A stretch of 64,000 bases of DNA from assembly GCA_965247115.1 (NCBI GenBank), contig CBDFGR010000002.1:1664001-1728000 (forward strand), written 5' to 3'. The notes under the pieces were generated by a model. That model did no database searches and was not told the DNA's origin. It saw nothing but the letters and a program-made list of their open reading frames with translations. This DNA comes from Myxococcota bacterium. GTDB lineage: Bacteria; Myxococcota_A; UBA9160; SZUA-336. The first letter of the stretch is position 1. Every line of letters starts with the position of its first letter. The position numbers and the translations under genes are program-made. Positions 48,886 through 58,099 of this stretch are shown here, one piece after another.

Positions 48886-49494
48886 GTGAGCCGATCCCGC
48901 CTGAGCCTACTCCTCCTGATCCTTCCGGGCTTCTTCCTGCAAGCGGCCGGGGCGAAGATGCACAGCCTGTTGCTGTTCGCCGCGGGAACTGCCATGCAGG
49001 GTGTGGGACTCGTCCCCTGGCTGCGTGTCAAGGGGCGGAGCCCCTCGTTTGCGCTGCTCGCGCTCGCCCCGGTGTTCGGCTGGATAGTGGCGGTCAACCT
49101 CCGGAGCGAGGAGCAGCGCGAAGAGATTGCGCTCGCACGTGAGAGCCGTGGGCCAGGCTTCTGGGTCAAGCGCACGGCCGTTGTCGTCGCTGGACTCCTG
49201 CTGGTCGGCACATGCTCCTTCCTGCAGGCAGCGCTCTTCGATGTCCACCGCGAGGGATACAAGCTGGTACAGGCGCTTGAACGCCACAAGGAATCGCACG
49301 GGATCTACCCGCCGCGGCTGGAGGAGCTCGGCATCCCCGTCAAGTATCCGCGCGAGGGCTGGCGAGGGACTCGCTATCGAACGGACGCCGGCGGCCAGGA
49401 GTTCTTCCTCACCTGCTTCGTCCGGCGCCTCGGAACGACCGACGAGCGGGTGACCTACAATTCTCGAAAAGACCGCTGGCGCTCCTACCGCTGA
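48886..49494 (+). CDS. Hypothetical membrane protein
   Basis: Hydrophobic N-terminal half; ALERHKESHGIYPPRLEEL resembles a pseudopilin-like segment. Confidence 0.55.
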   Translation: MSRSRLSLLLLILPGFFLQAAGAKMHSLLLFAAGTAMQGVGLVPWLRVKGRSPSFALLALAPVFGWIVAVNLRSEEQREEIALARESRGPGFWVKRTAVVVAGLLLVGTCSFLQAALFDVHREGYKLVQALERHKESHGIYPPRLEELGIPVKYPREGWRGTRYRTDAGGQEFFLTCFVRRLGTTDERVTYNSRKDRWRSYR

Positions 49495-49585
49495 TCCTCA
49501 ACTACCCTGGTCTCCGGGGAAGCTCGGGCGGTTCAGTCGGGCCTCTGAGGCGTCGATGGCGCGCCAGAGGTCACCACTCACCCCG

Positions 49586-49984
49586 TCAGCTTGCGACCGC
49601 GGCACCCGCAATGGCAGCGGCGAACTTGGTCGACAATGACAACGCGACGATGCCTGCAAGAGACGGCAGCGCGCCCGTGCCCCCGACAATCGCCAGGTCG
49701 AACGTGGCATAGGCCAAAGCAACAGCGAGGGCGAATCCGATCGCGTGCCGGTCGGGTGTTCGTCGCGTGAGCCAATAGAGCGCGCCGAAAAACAGAAACA
49801 CACCAGCGACCACGCTCGACCACGGTGCGATTCGCTGAGCGGAGGCTTCGTAAAACGCTGCATCGTGGCCGGGCTCAATGAAGTATGCATACACGGCGAC
49901 GACGCCATAACTGATCGCGACGTTGACCACCATGATGACGAGAGCAACGCCGATGGCTTTTGGGATGTCGGTCTTCTTGAACAT
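49586..49984 (-). CDS. Hypothetical membrane protein
   Basis: RBS GAGGA; about four TM helices. Confidence 0.65.
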   Translation of the reverse strand: MFKKTDIPKAIGVALVIMVVNVAISYGVVAVYAYFIEPGHDAAFYEASAQRIAPWSSVVAGVFLFFGALYWLTRRTPDRHAIGFALAVALAYATFDLAIVGGTGALPSLAGIVALSLSTKFAAAIAGAAVAS

Positions 49985-50075
49985 TGGGTCCTCTTCGTGC
50001 CCTAGAACTCTAGCCGATGTGGAGACCTGGGAGCCGCGATCACAGGGCACAGACGCCTTCTCAGAGAATCTAACC

Positions 50076-51344
50076 TCAAGTCTGCTCGATGAATGAGGGC
50101 TGAGGAGGGGCGTCGGCCGAGATCGTGCGGAGGGTTCGGACTTCGGGGACGGCTAGGACGGCGGCGGTGGGGAGGATGATGAGGGCGGCGCCGATCCAGA
50201 GGGTGTGGGAGGTGCCGATGGCTTCGACGAGCGGGCCTGCGGCTGCCATTCCGAGGGGGGCCAGGGCGATGGAGCCGAGGACGTCGTAGGCGCTTACGCG
50301 GGAGAGAGCCTCGGGGGCCACGTGAGTCTGGAGGGTGGTGTTCCAGAGGACGCCGAAGAGTTCGGCGCCGATGCCGTTGATGAAGGCGCCTGCGATGATG
50401 AGCCAGAGGGGGGCGGGGCCGGACAGGAGTAGGATGGGGAGGGCCGTTGGGAACATGCAGAGTGTTCCGACGAGTATCGGGCGCTCGACGCGGACTCGGA
50501 AGGCGATGAGTCCTCCAACCACCAGCCCTACACCGAATGCGGACACGATCCAGCCCCAGTCTGCGGGGCCTCCGAGGTGTCGCTTTGCGACGATGGGTCC
50601 CACGATGCCGTAGCAGGCCTCCGACGCGGCCACGAGCAGGGTGAACTGGAGCACGATCGTCCAGAGCCAGCGGTGCGAGGTAAATTCCTTCCAGCCCTCG
50701 AGTAGATCTCGCACCAGACTCACGCGTGCAGAGCGTTGCTGGCTGCGCGGGCGCAAGCCCATGACGAGTATGGCACTGGTGCCGAACGTGGCCGCGTCGA
50801 TGGCGATCGCCCAGCCGGGACCGACGGTTGCCACCAGGATTCCGCCCAAGGCCGCTCCCAACCCGAAGGCTCCGCTCTGGGCCAGGGAGAGCAGCGCGTT
50901 CGCGGACTGGAGCTCGTGGCGCTCCACGACTTGCGGCAGGAGCCCGATGAAGGACGGCCAGTGAAGGGCGAAAGCCGTGCCGTTCACCGCCATGAGTGCG
51001 ATCAGGGGTGTGACGCTGCTCGTGTGCGTGAGGAGCAGCAGCGCCATCGCGAACTGGCTCGTCATTGCCAGGAGGTCCGCGAGCACCAGCATGCGCTTTC
51101 GCGAGGTGCGGTCCGCGAGTGCTCCGCCGAGGAGCTGGAAGGTCACCTGCGCAGCGGACTGGGCCGCGATCACGAGTCCCATCGCGCTCGGTGAGCCGGT
51201 CAGCTCGAGGACGCCGAACGCCATGGCGATGGGGGCCATCACGCTCCCGAGCGCTGAGATCAGGCGCGCGGTGAAGAACCGTGCGAAGTCCGGCTGGCGC
51301 AGCAGGCGCAGCCCCTCGCGGATGCCCGCCGGGTCGTTCGTCAG
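50076..51344 (-). CDS. MFS transporter (DHA3-like), probable CTG start
   Basis: GGALADRTSRKR, LQSANAL, SRVSAYD. The frame stays open upstream through LLRQPDFARFFTARLIS to a CTG overlapping a TGA. Confidence 0.85.
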   Translation of the reverse strand: MTNDPAGIREGLRLLRQPDFARFFTARLISALGSVMAPIAMAFGVLELTGSPSAMGLVIAAQSAAQVTFQLLGGALADRTSRKRMLVLADLLAMTSQFAMALLLLTHTSSVTPLIALMAVNGTAFALHWPSFIGLLPQVVERHELQSANALLSLAQSGAFGLGAALGGILVATVGPGWAIAIDAATFGTSAILVMGLRPRSQQRSARVSLVRDLLEGWKEFTSHRWLWTIVLQFTLLVAASEACYGIVGPIVAKRHLGGPADWGWIVSAFGVGLVVGGLIAFRVRVERPILVGTLCMFPTALPILLLSGPAPLWLIIAGAFINGIGAELFGVLWNTTLQTHVAPEALSRVSAYDVLGSIALAPLGMAAAGPLVEAIGTSHTLWIGAALIILPTAAVLAVPEVRTLRTISADAPPQPSFIEQT

Positions 51345-51396
51345 GAGGCGGCCTCGAGCGGATCGATGGCGCGGAACACGTCATTCATTCTACTGT

Positions 51397-53238
51397 CTAG
51401 CTGTCGATCAGGATCACGTCGGCTTCGGGCGGGTCGGCGTAGAGCCGTTCTACGGAGGGTTTGCGTCGTTCGAGCGCGGCCTGCTGGTTCACGTAGCCCT
51501 TGTCGGTGATCTCGTTGGCGTCGATGTCCGGGGGCTCGGTCAGCAGGATCACCCTGCGGATCCGTGTGGAGGAGCCAGGGTGTTCGGCGTTGTAGCGCTC
51601 GAGGCCCGAGCGTACGCACTCGACGACCTGGCTGCTGCGGATCAGGCGGGTCGTGTCGCCGGCCGCGTCCGCAGCGTCGACGAGGGACTCGCAGGCCGAC
51701 ACGTTGGGCCACGCCAGCAGCCCGATGTAGTCGCGGTCGTGTCCGGTCACAAGGGCGTCCTGGAGCGCGGGCGAGGTGGCGGCCAGCGCCTTCACGCGTA
51801 GCGCGCCCGTGCGCACCCAGGTGCCGGAGCTCAGCTTGAAGTCCTCGGCGACGCGCCCGTCGAAGACCAGGCCTCGCGTGGGATCGTTCGGATCGGCCAG
51901 GCGGCCGGCGTCACCGATCTTGTAGAAGCCGTCCTCGTCGAAGGCGGCGGCGGTTAGATCGTCGCGGCCGAGATAGCCCGGCGTTACATGGGGGCCTCGT
52001 ACGCGGAGCTCGGTCTTGGGGCCGGCCGGGACCAGTTTGAGCTCCACGCCCGGCGGTGGGAGGCCGATGCTGGCGGCGCTCTCGGTCGGGAAGTGCACGC
52101 TCGTCGAGAGCGGCGCGGTCTCGGTCGATCCCCAGCCCGATGCCATCACTACGCGTTCGCCGCGGGCCTGCTCGGACAGGTCGCCGAGTCGCTTCCAGAG
52201 GTCTTCTGGCAGGGCGGCCGCGGCGTAGAAGAGGAGCTGAAGATCGCGAAAGAAGTGATCCCGGAGCTCGCGGTCGTTCTCGAGGTGGGGGACGAGCTGC
52301 GCGTAGCCAGCGGGGACATTGAAGTAGAGACTCGGCGAGATCTCGCGCAGGTTCGAGAGCGTCGTCTCGATCAGTCCCGGTGCCGGCTTTCCCCCGTCGA
52401 TCCAGAGCGTGCCGCCCTGCTTCAGCACGAGATTGAAGTTGTGGTTCCCGCCAAAGGTGTGATTCCAGGGCAGCCAGTCCACGAGTACGGGCGGGGTCTG
52501 CTTCACGAAGGGCCAGCACTGCTCCAGCATCTGCTGGTTCGCGCAGAGCATTCGCTGCGTGTTGAGCACGCCCTTTGGGAGCCCGGTCGAGCCCGAGGTG
52601 AAGAGGATCTTCGCGACCGTATCGGGCCCGACTCCGGCCTCTGCCAGGGCAACGGCACTTCCCGGTGTCGTGCTCGCTAGCTCCGAGAACGGTGTGATGG
52701 AGAGGTCCCGTGGCAGCGGGCCGCTGCCGACGAGCTCCATACCGTCCAGATCGAGCGCCTTCAGCACCGGCACGAAGGGGACCATGGGCGCTGCGAAGAC
52801 GATCCCCGGGCGCACGAGCGCCAGGATCTGGCGCAGCTTGCCGTAGTCCTGGCTCATGAGGGAGTAGGCTGGCGAGACGGGCGCCACGGGGACGCCCACC
52901 AGCATCGCACCAAGACCCATCAGCGCGTGATCAATCGAGTTGCCGGACAGGATGACCAGCGGACGTTCCTGGCTCAGTCCCCGGTCGATCAGGCTCTGTG
53001 CGATCGACTCCGCAGTGCGGAGCGCGTCATCGTAGCTGAGGTGACGCCAGCTCTCGTCGACGCGCTCCCCGAGGAAGATCGACTCCGGGCGTTTCGCGGC
53101 GTGGTGCCGCAGCATCTCACCGAGGTGACGTTCGTGCTGGGCCAGTGACACGGGCGAGCGTAGGACGGTGCTGCCGTCCGCTTGCTCCTCGACATCGACG
53201 GCGGCCGGAGCGAACTCGGGACTCTCGTAGTGTGCTAT
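51397..53238 (-). CDS. fcs: Feruloyl/hydroxycinnamoyl-CoA synthetase-like enzyme, probable ATA start
   Basis: SPAYSL, FTSGSTGLPKGV, WLPWNHTFGG, GRVAEDFKL, EITDKGYVNQ. The family N-terminus DGSTVLRS lies upstream of GTG 53151. Confidence 0.85.
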   Translation of the reverse strand: MAHYESPEFAPAAVDVEEQADGSTVLRSPVSLAQHERHLGEMLRHHAAKRPESIFLGERVDESWRHLSYDDALRTAESIAQSLIDRGLSQERPLVILSGNSIDHALMGLGAMLVGVPVAPVSPAYSLMSQDYGKLRQILALVRPGIVFAAPMVPFVPVLKALDLDGMELVGSGPLPRDLSITPFSELASTTPGSAVALAEAGVGPDTVAKILFTSGSTGLPKGVLNTQRMLCANQQMLEQCWPFVKQTPPVLVDWLPWNHTFGGNHNFNLVLKQGGTLWIDGGKPAPGLIETTLSNLREISPSLYFNVPAGYAQLVPHLENDRELRDHFFRDLQLLFYAAAALPEDLWKRLGDLSEQARGERVVMASGWGSTETAPLSTSVHFPTESAASIGLPPPGVELKLVPAGPKTELRVRGPHVTPGYLGRDDLTAAAFDEDGFYKIGDAGRLADPNDPTRGLVFDGRVAEDFKLSSGTWVRTGALRVKALAATSPALQDALVTGHDRDYIGLLAWPNVSACESLVDAADAAGDTTRLIRSSQVVECVRSGLERYNAEHPGSSTRIRRVILLTEPPDIDANEITDKGYVNQQAALERRKPSVERLYADPPEADVILIDS

Positions 53239-54842
53239 GGCGTGAGCCCTCTCTCGACGAGGATCGCCTCTAGCTTCTCAGTCAGGCTGCCGTCCTCCAT
53301 GAGCTCGACGACCGCCTCGACGTCTGGGCGGAAGGGTCGGTCCGCTTCTAGAGGGGTGACCACGCGCCGAACGGCTGCATGCAGCGCCTTGCCGGCGGTA
53401 GAGAGCTTCTCCGGTCCGCGATAGTCGGCGGCCTGCGTCAGCGCAATCAGCTCGTAGGCGAAGAGGGCGCGCGCCTTCTCGAGCATGGGGCCCAGCTTCT
53501 TGGCGGCTGGCGTTCCCATGCTGACCACGTCCTGGTTGTTCGCGTTCGTGGGGATGCTGCTCACGCTGGCCGAGTCGTTCAGGTTGCGGATCTCGGCGGC
53601 CAGGGAGGTGGCGATCAGCTGCACGGCCATGAAGCCGTTGCACAGTCCCGCTTCCTCACCGATCACGAGGAACGGGGGAAGCCCCTGGCTGAAGTTCTCG
53701 TCGATGTAGCGCGCAAAGCGCCGCTCGGACAGGAGTGCCAGCTTGGTGATGGCGAGCCCGAGAATGTCACTTGAAAACGAGACGTGCTGTCCGTAGAAGT
53801 TTCCGCCGTGGAGCGTCGTATCGTCCTCGGCAAAGATGAGCGGGTTGTCCGTGACCGAGTTGACCTCGACATCCAGGATGCCCTCCACGAAGGTCAGCAG
53901 ATCGCGCACAGCGCCGACGATCTGCGGCACGCAGCGAATCGAGTAGGGACTCTGCAGGTCCGTATCGACGCGCACCACGTGCTCGGCTCCGCCGCGCGCC
54001 TCCACCAGTCCTTCCTGCAGCTCCTGGGGATCGAGCACCAGCTCGGACCCGGCGAGGAACGCGTTCAGGTTGCGCGTGGTTGCGAGCTGACCAGGGTGCG
54101 GTCTGACCTGCGCGATGCGCTCGTCGAAGTGCTCGATGTTGCCGCGCAGCACGTCGCTTGCATAGGCGGCACACGCCTCCGCGAGCAGGGTCAGGTCCAG
54201 AGCTTCTTGCAGGGCCACCGCGAAGATCGCGCTCATGACGCTCGTTCCGTTGATGAGCGCGAGTCCTTCCTTGTAGCTCAGCTCGACGGGCTCAATCCCG
54301 ACGGTCTCCAGGGCTTTGCGCGCTTCGGTGAGCTCGCCCCGGAAGAAGACCGGTCCTTCTCCGAGCAGCGCCTGCGACATGTGGGCGAGCGGGCAGAGGT
54401 CTCCGCTGGCACCGACGGAGCCAGTCTCGGGGATGTACGCCGCGATGTCCGTGTTCAGAAGCCGGGCGAGCGTCTCGAGCGTCGAGAGCCGGATGCCGGA
54501 GAAGCCCTTGCAGAGCGAGTTCAGCCGGATCAGCTGCACCGCACGCGTCACGTCGATCGGAAGGGGCTCGCCGACGCCGCCGGACAGACTCTGAATCAGG
54601 TTGTACTGTGACTGCGCGGCCTTCTTGGGAGGGATCAGGCGATTGACCAGCGGTCCGTAGCCCGTGGTGATGCCGTAGGCGACCTCCTCGCGCTTGACCA
54701 GGTCCTCCACGTGCGCGCGCGAACGGTTGATCGCGTCGGTCGCGTGCGATGCGATCCGGACCTCGGCCCCGTGCCGGGCCACGTCGATGATCTGACCGAG
54801 GTCGAGCGAATTTCCGTCTACGTCGATAGCGCGACGTGCCAT
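53235..54842 (-). CDS. MIO-dependent aromatic amino acid ammonia-lyase/aminomutase
   Basis: YGITTGYG, GSVGASGDL, KEGLALINGT, YSIRCVPQ, DNP, HGGNF, NQDVVSMG. Confidence 0.93.
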   Translation of the reverse strand: MARRAIDVDGNSLDLGQIIDVARHGAEVRIASHATDAINRSRAHVEDLVKREEVAYGITTGYGPLVNRLIPPKKAAQSQYNLIQSLSGGVGEPLPIDVTRAVQLIRLNSLCKGFSGIRLSTLETLARLLNTDIAAYIPETGSVGASGDLCPLAHMSQALLGEGPVFFRGELTEARKALETVGIEPVELSYKEGLALINGTSVMSAIFAVALQEALDLTLLAEACAAYASDVLRGNIEHFDERIAQVRPHPGQLATTRNLNAFLAGSELVLDPQELQEGLVEARGGAEHVVRVDTDLQSPYSIRCVPQIVGAVRDLLTFVEGILDVEVNSVTDNPLIFAEDDTTLHGGNFYGQHVSFSSDILGLAITKLALLSERRFARYIDENFSQGLPPFLVIGEEAGLCNGFMAVQLIATSLAAEIRNLNDSASVSSIPTNANNQDVVSMGTPAAKKLGPMLEKARALFAYELIALTQAADYRGPEKLSTAGKALHAAVRRVVTPLEADRPFRPDVEAVVELMEDGSLTEKLEAILVERGLTP

Positions 54843-54993
54843 GCTCTGGCCTCCTGTGGGGGTGATTTGGAGCACCCCGCTGCCTGAAAAAAGTAGGCGA
54901 TTCCTGGCGGATGATCCTTCCGACTATTGGACGAATCCGGCGAAATTTGGAATTCTGTTCCGATTCTGAGGCGATAATCGGAACAGAGTTATC

Positions 54994-55464
54994 GTGGTCA
55001 CACTCGATGAAACAGACCGCAAGATCCTCGCTTTGCTCCAGGAGGACGCCCGCCTGACGCAGGCTGAGCTCGCGAAGCGACTGGCCATGTCCCAGACCTC
55101 CTGCTGGCGACGCGTGCGCCAGCTCGAGGAGGCGGGGGTGATCGCGCGCCGCGTGGCGCTCGTGGACGCAAGGGCGGTGGATCTCACAGTGAGCGTGATC
55201 GCGAGCGTGAGTCTGACCGAGCACAGCGACGCGAACCGGGCATCCTTTGAGTCTCTCGTGGCCTCACGTCCCGAGGTCGTGGAGTGCTACTCCATGACGG
55301 GCGATCGCGACTACATGCTGCGGGTCGTCGTGCGCGACGTGGAGGCCTACGACCGCTTCCTCACCACCCAGCTCCTGCACCACCCCGCCGTGGCCTCGGC
55401 CAGCTCGAGCTTCGCGCTCAAGCAGGTCAAGTACACGACCTCCCTTCCACTGGAGCTCGCCTAG
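54994..55464 (+). CDS. Lrp/AsnC family regulator
   Basis: LDETDRKILALLQEDAR, CWRRVRQLE, MTGDRDYML. Confidence 0.93.
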   Translation: MVTLDETDRKILALLQEDARLTQAELAKRLAMSQTSCWRRVRQLEEAGVIARRVALVDARAVDLTVSVIASVSLTEHSDANRASFESLVASRPEVVECYSMTGDRDYMLRVVVRDVEAYDRFLTTQLLHHPAVASASSSFALKQVKYTTSLPLELA

Positions 55465-56739
55465 CAGGCTGCTGAAAAACTCCTCATCGAAGGGTACCTT
55501 GGGAGCGAGCCCCAAAGGGGGAGGCGTGAGAGGACAGGGGACGCTTCAGGGCGGGATGTTCAGCTACGTGTCGCTGGAGTCGCGGATTCCGGATGATCAT
55601 CCGCTTCGAGCGATGCGGCGCATGGTCGACACGGCGCTGCAGCGGCTATCGCCGCGCTTCGACGCGATCTACGCCAGAGGCGTAGGGCGCCCGTCCGTGC
55701 CCCCGGAGCAGCTGCTGCGCGCCCTGCTGCTGCAGGTGCTCTACACCATCCGGAGCGAGCGGCAGCTGGTGGAGCAGCTGGAGTACAACCTGCTGTATCG
55801 CTGGTTCGTGGGTCTGGAGCTTGACGAGGTGGTGTTCAGCGCCACGGTGTTCACGAAGAACCGAGACCGGCTGCTCAAGGGCGAGATTGCCGAGCACTTC
55901 TTCGACGCAGTGCTGGAGCAGGCCGAGACCGAGGGATGGGTGTCGTTGGAGCACTTCACGGTAGACGGGACGCTGATCGAGGCGTGGGCGAGCCAGAAGA
56001 GCTTCGTACGGAAGGACGAGGAACGGAGAGACGACGATGACCCGGGCAACCCGACGGTGAACTTCCGAGGCGAGAAGCGGAGCAACCAGACGCATGCGTC
56101 GACGACGGATCCCGACGCACGACTCGCCGGTATGAGAGGCCAAGGCGCCCGACTCGCGTACCAGGGACACGTGGTGACGGAGAACCGGAACGGCTTGGTG
56201 GTCGCGGCGAAGCTCACGCAGGCGTCGGGATATGCGGAGCGCGAAGCGGCGCTCGAGATGGTGGAAGGTCTGGGAGGCGGGCGTCGGAGGACATTGGGCG
56301 GAGACAAGGGCTTCGACACGAAGGGGTTCGTGGAAGAGCTTCGAGAGTTGGGCGTGACCCCACACGTGGCGCAGAACACGACGAATCGACGCAGCGCGAT
56401 CGACGGGCGGACGACGCGCCACCGGGGCTACGAACTGAGTCAGCGTTTTCGCAAACGGGTGGAAGAGGTCTTCGGCTGGATGAAGACCGTGGGGCTGATG
56501 CGCAAGACCCGACACCGCGGCACGGATCGGGTCGGCTGGGTCTTCACCTTCACGGCCGCAGCCTACAACCTGATCCGGATCCGCAAGCTGCTGGAGGCCA
56601 CGTAGGTCATGTGCGAAACCGCCCCGCGATCAGCGGAGCCCAAGACCGGTTCGAACCGGGAATCGCGCCCCGCCCCTCGGCCGGTGAACCCCCTCGTCGG
56701 AAGGACCACCCCTCAACCAGTCACTTTCTCCGCAGCCTG
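55465..56739 (+). mobile_element. IS5-family insertion sequence, 1275 bp
   Basis: Terminal IRs CAGGCTGCTGAAAAA and CAGGCTGCGGAGAAA (reverse complement); CTAG duplicated at 55461-55464 and 56740-56743. Confidence 0.93.
55526..56605 (+). CDS. IS5-family DDE transposase
   Basis: GRPSVPPE, SERQL, VDGTLI, GDKGFD, RKRVEEVFGWMK. Confidence 0.95.
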   Translation: MRGQGTLQGGMFSYVSLESRIPDDHPLRAMRRMVDTALQRLSPRFDAIYARGVGRPSVPPEQLLRALLLQVLYTIRSERQLVEQLEYNLLYRWFVGLELDEVVFSATVFTKNRDRLLKGEIAEHFFDAVLEQAETEGWVSLEHFTVDGTLIEAWASQKSFVRKDEERRDDDDPGNPTVNFRGEKRSNQTHASTTDPDARLAGMRGQGARLAYQGHVVTENRNGLVVAAKLTQASGYAEREAALEMVEGLGGGRRRTLGGDKGFDTKGFVEELRELGVTPHVAQNTTNRRSAIDGRTTRHRGYELSQRFRKRVEEVFGWMKTVGLMRKTRHRGTDRVGWVFTFTAAAYNLIRIRKLLEAT

Positions 56740-56836
56740 CTAGGCGTCGCCGCGGTCGTCTCACGCGGAATAAGTTTGGACTAAGGACCGTCCCTAAGTT
56801 CGGGTTCCCGACCTCCGACGGCTTACGAAGCCGTTC

Positions 56837-58039
56837 CTATTGGGCCGCTACTTCCGGTTGGGGGTTGGGGTCGAGCTCGATTTCGAGGCTGCGGTGGATG
56901 GATGGGATTCCCGCTCGGGTGGCGAGCTCGGTCTCGGTGGTGCGGACTTGGAGGGCCTCGCTCAGCTCGGTGGCGCGCTTCAGGTCGCCGAGCGTGGTTC
57001 TCTCGGGAGCGCGGTAGTAGACCGTGCGCTCCACGCGAAACTGCTCTCCATCGGGAGCGCTAGCCTCGACGACGAGCGCGTTCTGGCCGCTCTGGAGGCG
57101 CACGTAGCCGTCGAACGAGCCATCGCCGAACACGCGCACGGCGCGCCCCTCGGCTCCGGTGGTCCGATTCCAGAGCTTCACGTTCGCGAGCAGGGCCACG
57201 TCGAGCCGCGGCAGGTGGCGGACGATGTCTCCGGGATCGCGGACCTCGAAGAACCTGCCATCGGTGCTGCTCGCCAGCTCCTCCAGCACGTCCGGCCGCT
57301 CCAGTGCAGCGCTTCCGATTGCGAACGAGTAGATGCGAATCCCGTGCTCTGCAGCGCGCTTGGCCGAGCGCAGTGCCGCCTTGCGCGCGAAGATCTCGGG
57401 AGAGGGTGCCGTGGGAAAGCCGTCCGAGAGGATCACGAGGATGCGTTCGCGTTCCGGCGGGCTGTCGCGTAGCGCTCGGATCCCGGCGCGGATGGCGGCG
57501 GAGATGTTCGTCCCGCCGCGGGTATGCCGGACCTTCACTCGGTCCAGCGCCATGAGCGCGTTCTCCGGGTGCCCAAGCCGTGCACGTACGCGTGAGGTAC
57601 CCGCGAAGGTGACCAGCGAGACCCGCGTCCAGCGTTCATCGAGTCGGCGCAGCAGGCGACGAGCGCCTAGCAGCTCCGCCCGCGCAATCGTGTCACCGGG
57701 GTCGGTGGTCCACCTCTTGGGACGCTGGCGAGCCCGCGTGCCCCGCAACACACCCTTACGTAGCTGACCGACGATGCCGTCTCCGTCGATGTCGTCGCCT
57801 GCGGGGAGCAACGTGCTCGCGGACAGGTCAAGGGCGATGACCAGATCGTACGGGGTGACCGGACCCGCAACGGCGCGTCCCCGCACCTCGAGCAACGGGA
57901 TCAGCTCGGTCACGCGCTCCTCGTCGCCGGGGTACTCGACGTCGAGCCAGGTGGGTTCGCTGGCCCACCCCGGGGCTGCCGTGAGCACGAGCCACGAGAG
58001 GGCGACAAGGCTCAGCGTTCCGAAAGAGTCCCTCCCCAT
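56837..58039 (-). CDS. Secreted von Willebrand factor A domain protein
   Basis: Signal peptide, MIDAS DLSAS...GGT...LSDG, and a DIDGDG Ca-loop-like insert. Confidence 0.85.
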   Translation of the reverse strand: MGRDSFGTLSLVALSWLVLTAAPGWASEPTWLDVEYPGDEERVTELIPLLEVRGRAVAGPVTPYDLVIALDLSASTLLPAGDDIDGDGIVGQLRKGVLRGTRARQRPKRWTTDPGDTIARAELLGARRLLRRLDERWTRVSLVTFAGTSRVRARLGHPENALMALDRVKVRHTRGGTNISAAIRAGIRALRDSPPERERILVILSDGFPTAPSPEIFARKAALRSAKRAAEHGIRIYSFAIGSAALERPDVLEELASSTDGRFFEVRDPGDIVRHLPRLDVALLANVKLWNRTTGAEGRAVRVFGDGSFDGYVRLQSGQNALVVEASAPDGEQFRVERTVYYRAPERTTLGDLKRATELSEALQVRTTETELATRAGIPSIHRSLEIELDPNPQPEVAAQ

Positions 58040-58099
58040 AGGGAACACTTCGGAAGATTGAGGCAGGAGTTTAAGCGGCTGTTCGGTCGATAGGAGGGA

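Noticed and set aside
42683..50075. tRNA-anchored genomic island
   Set aside because: No integrase and no duplicate of the tRNA 3' end found in the window.
48766..50075. Integron attC sites around two hypothetical genes
   Set aside because: Only isolated core-like heptamers (e.g. ATCTAAC at 50068-50074); no paired R/L boxes and no integrase.
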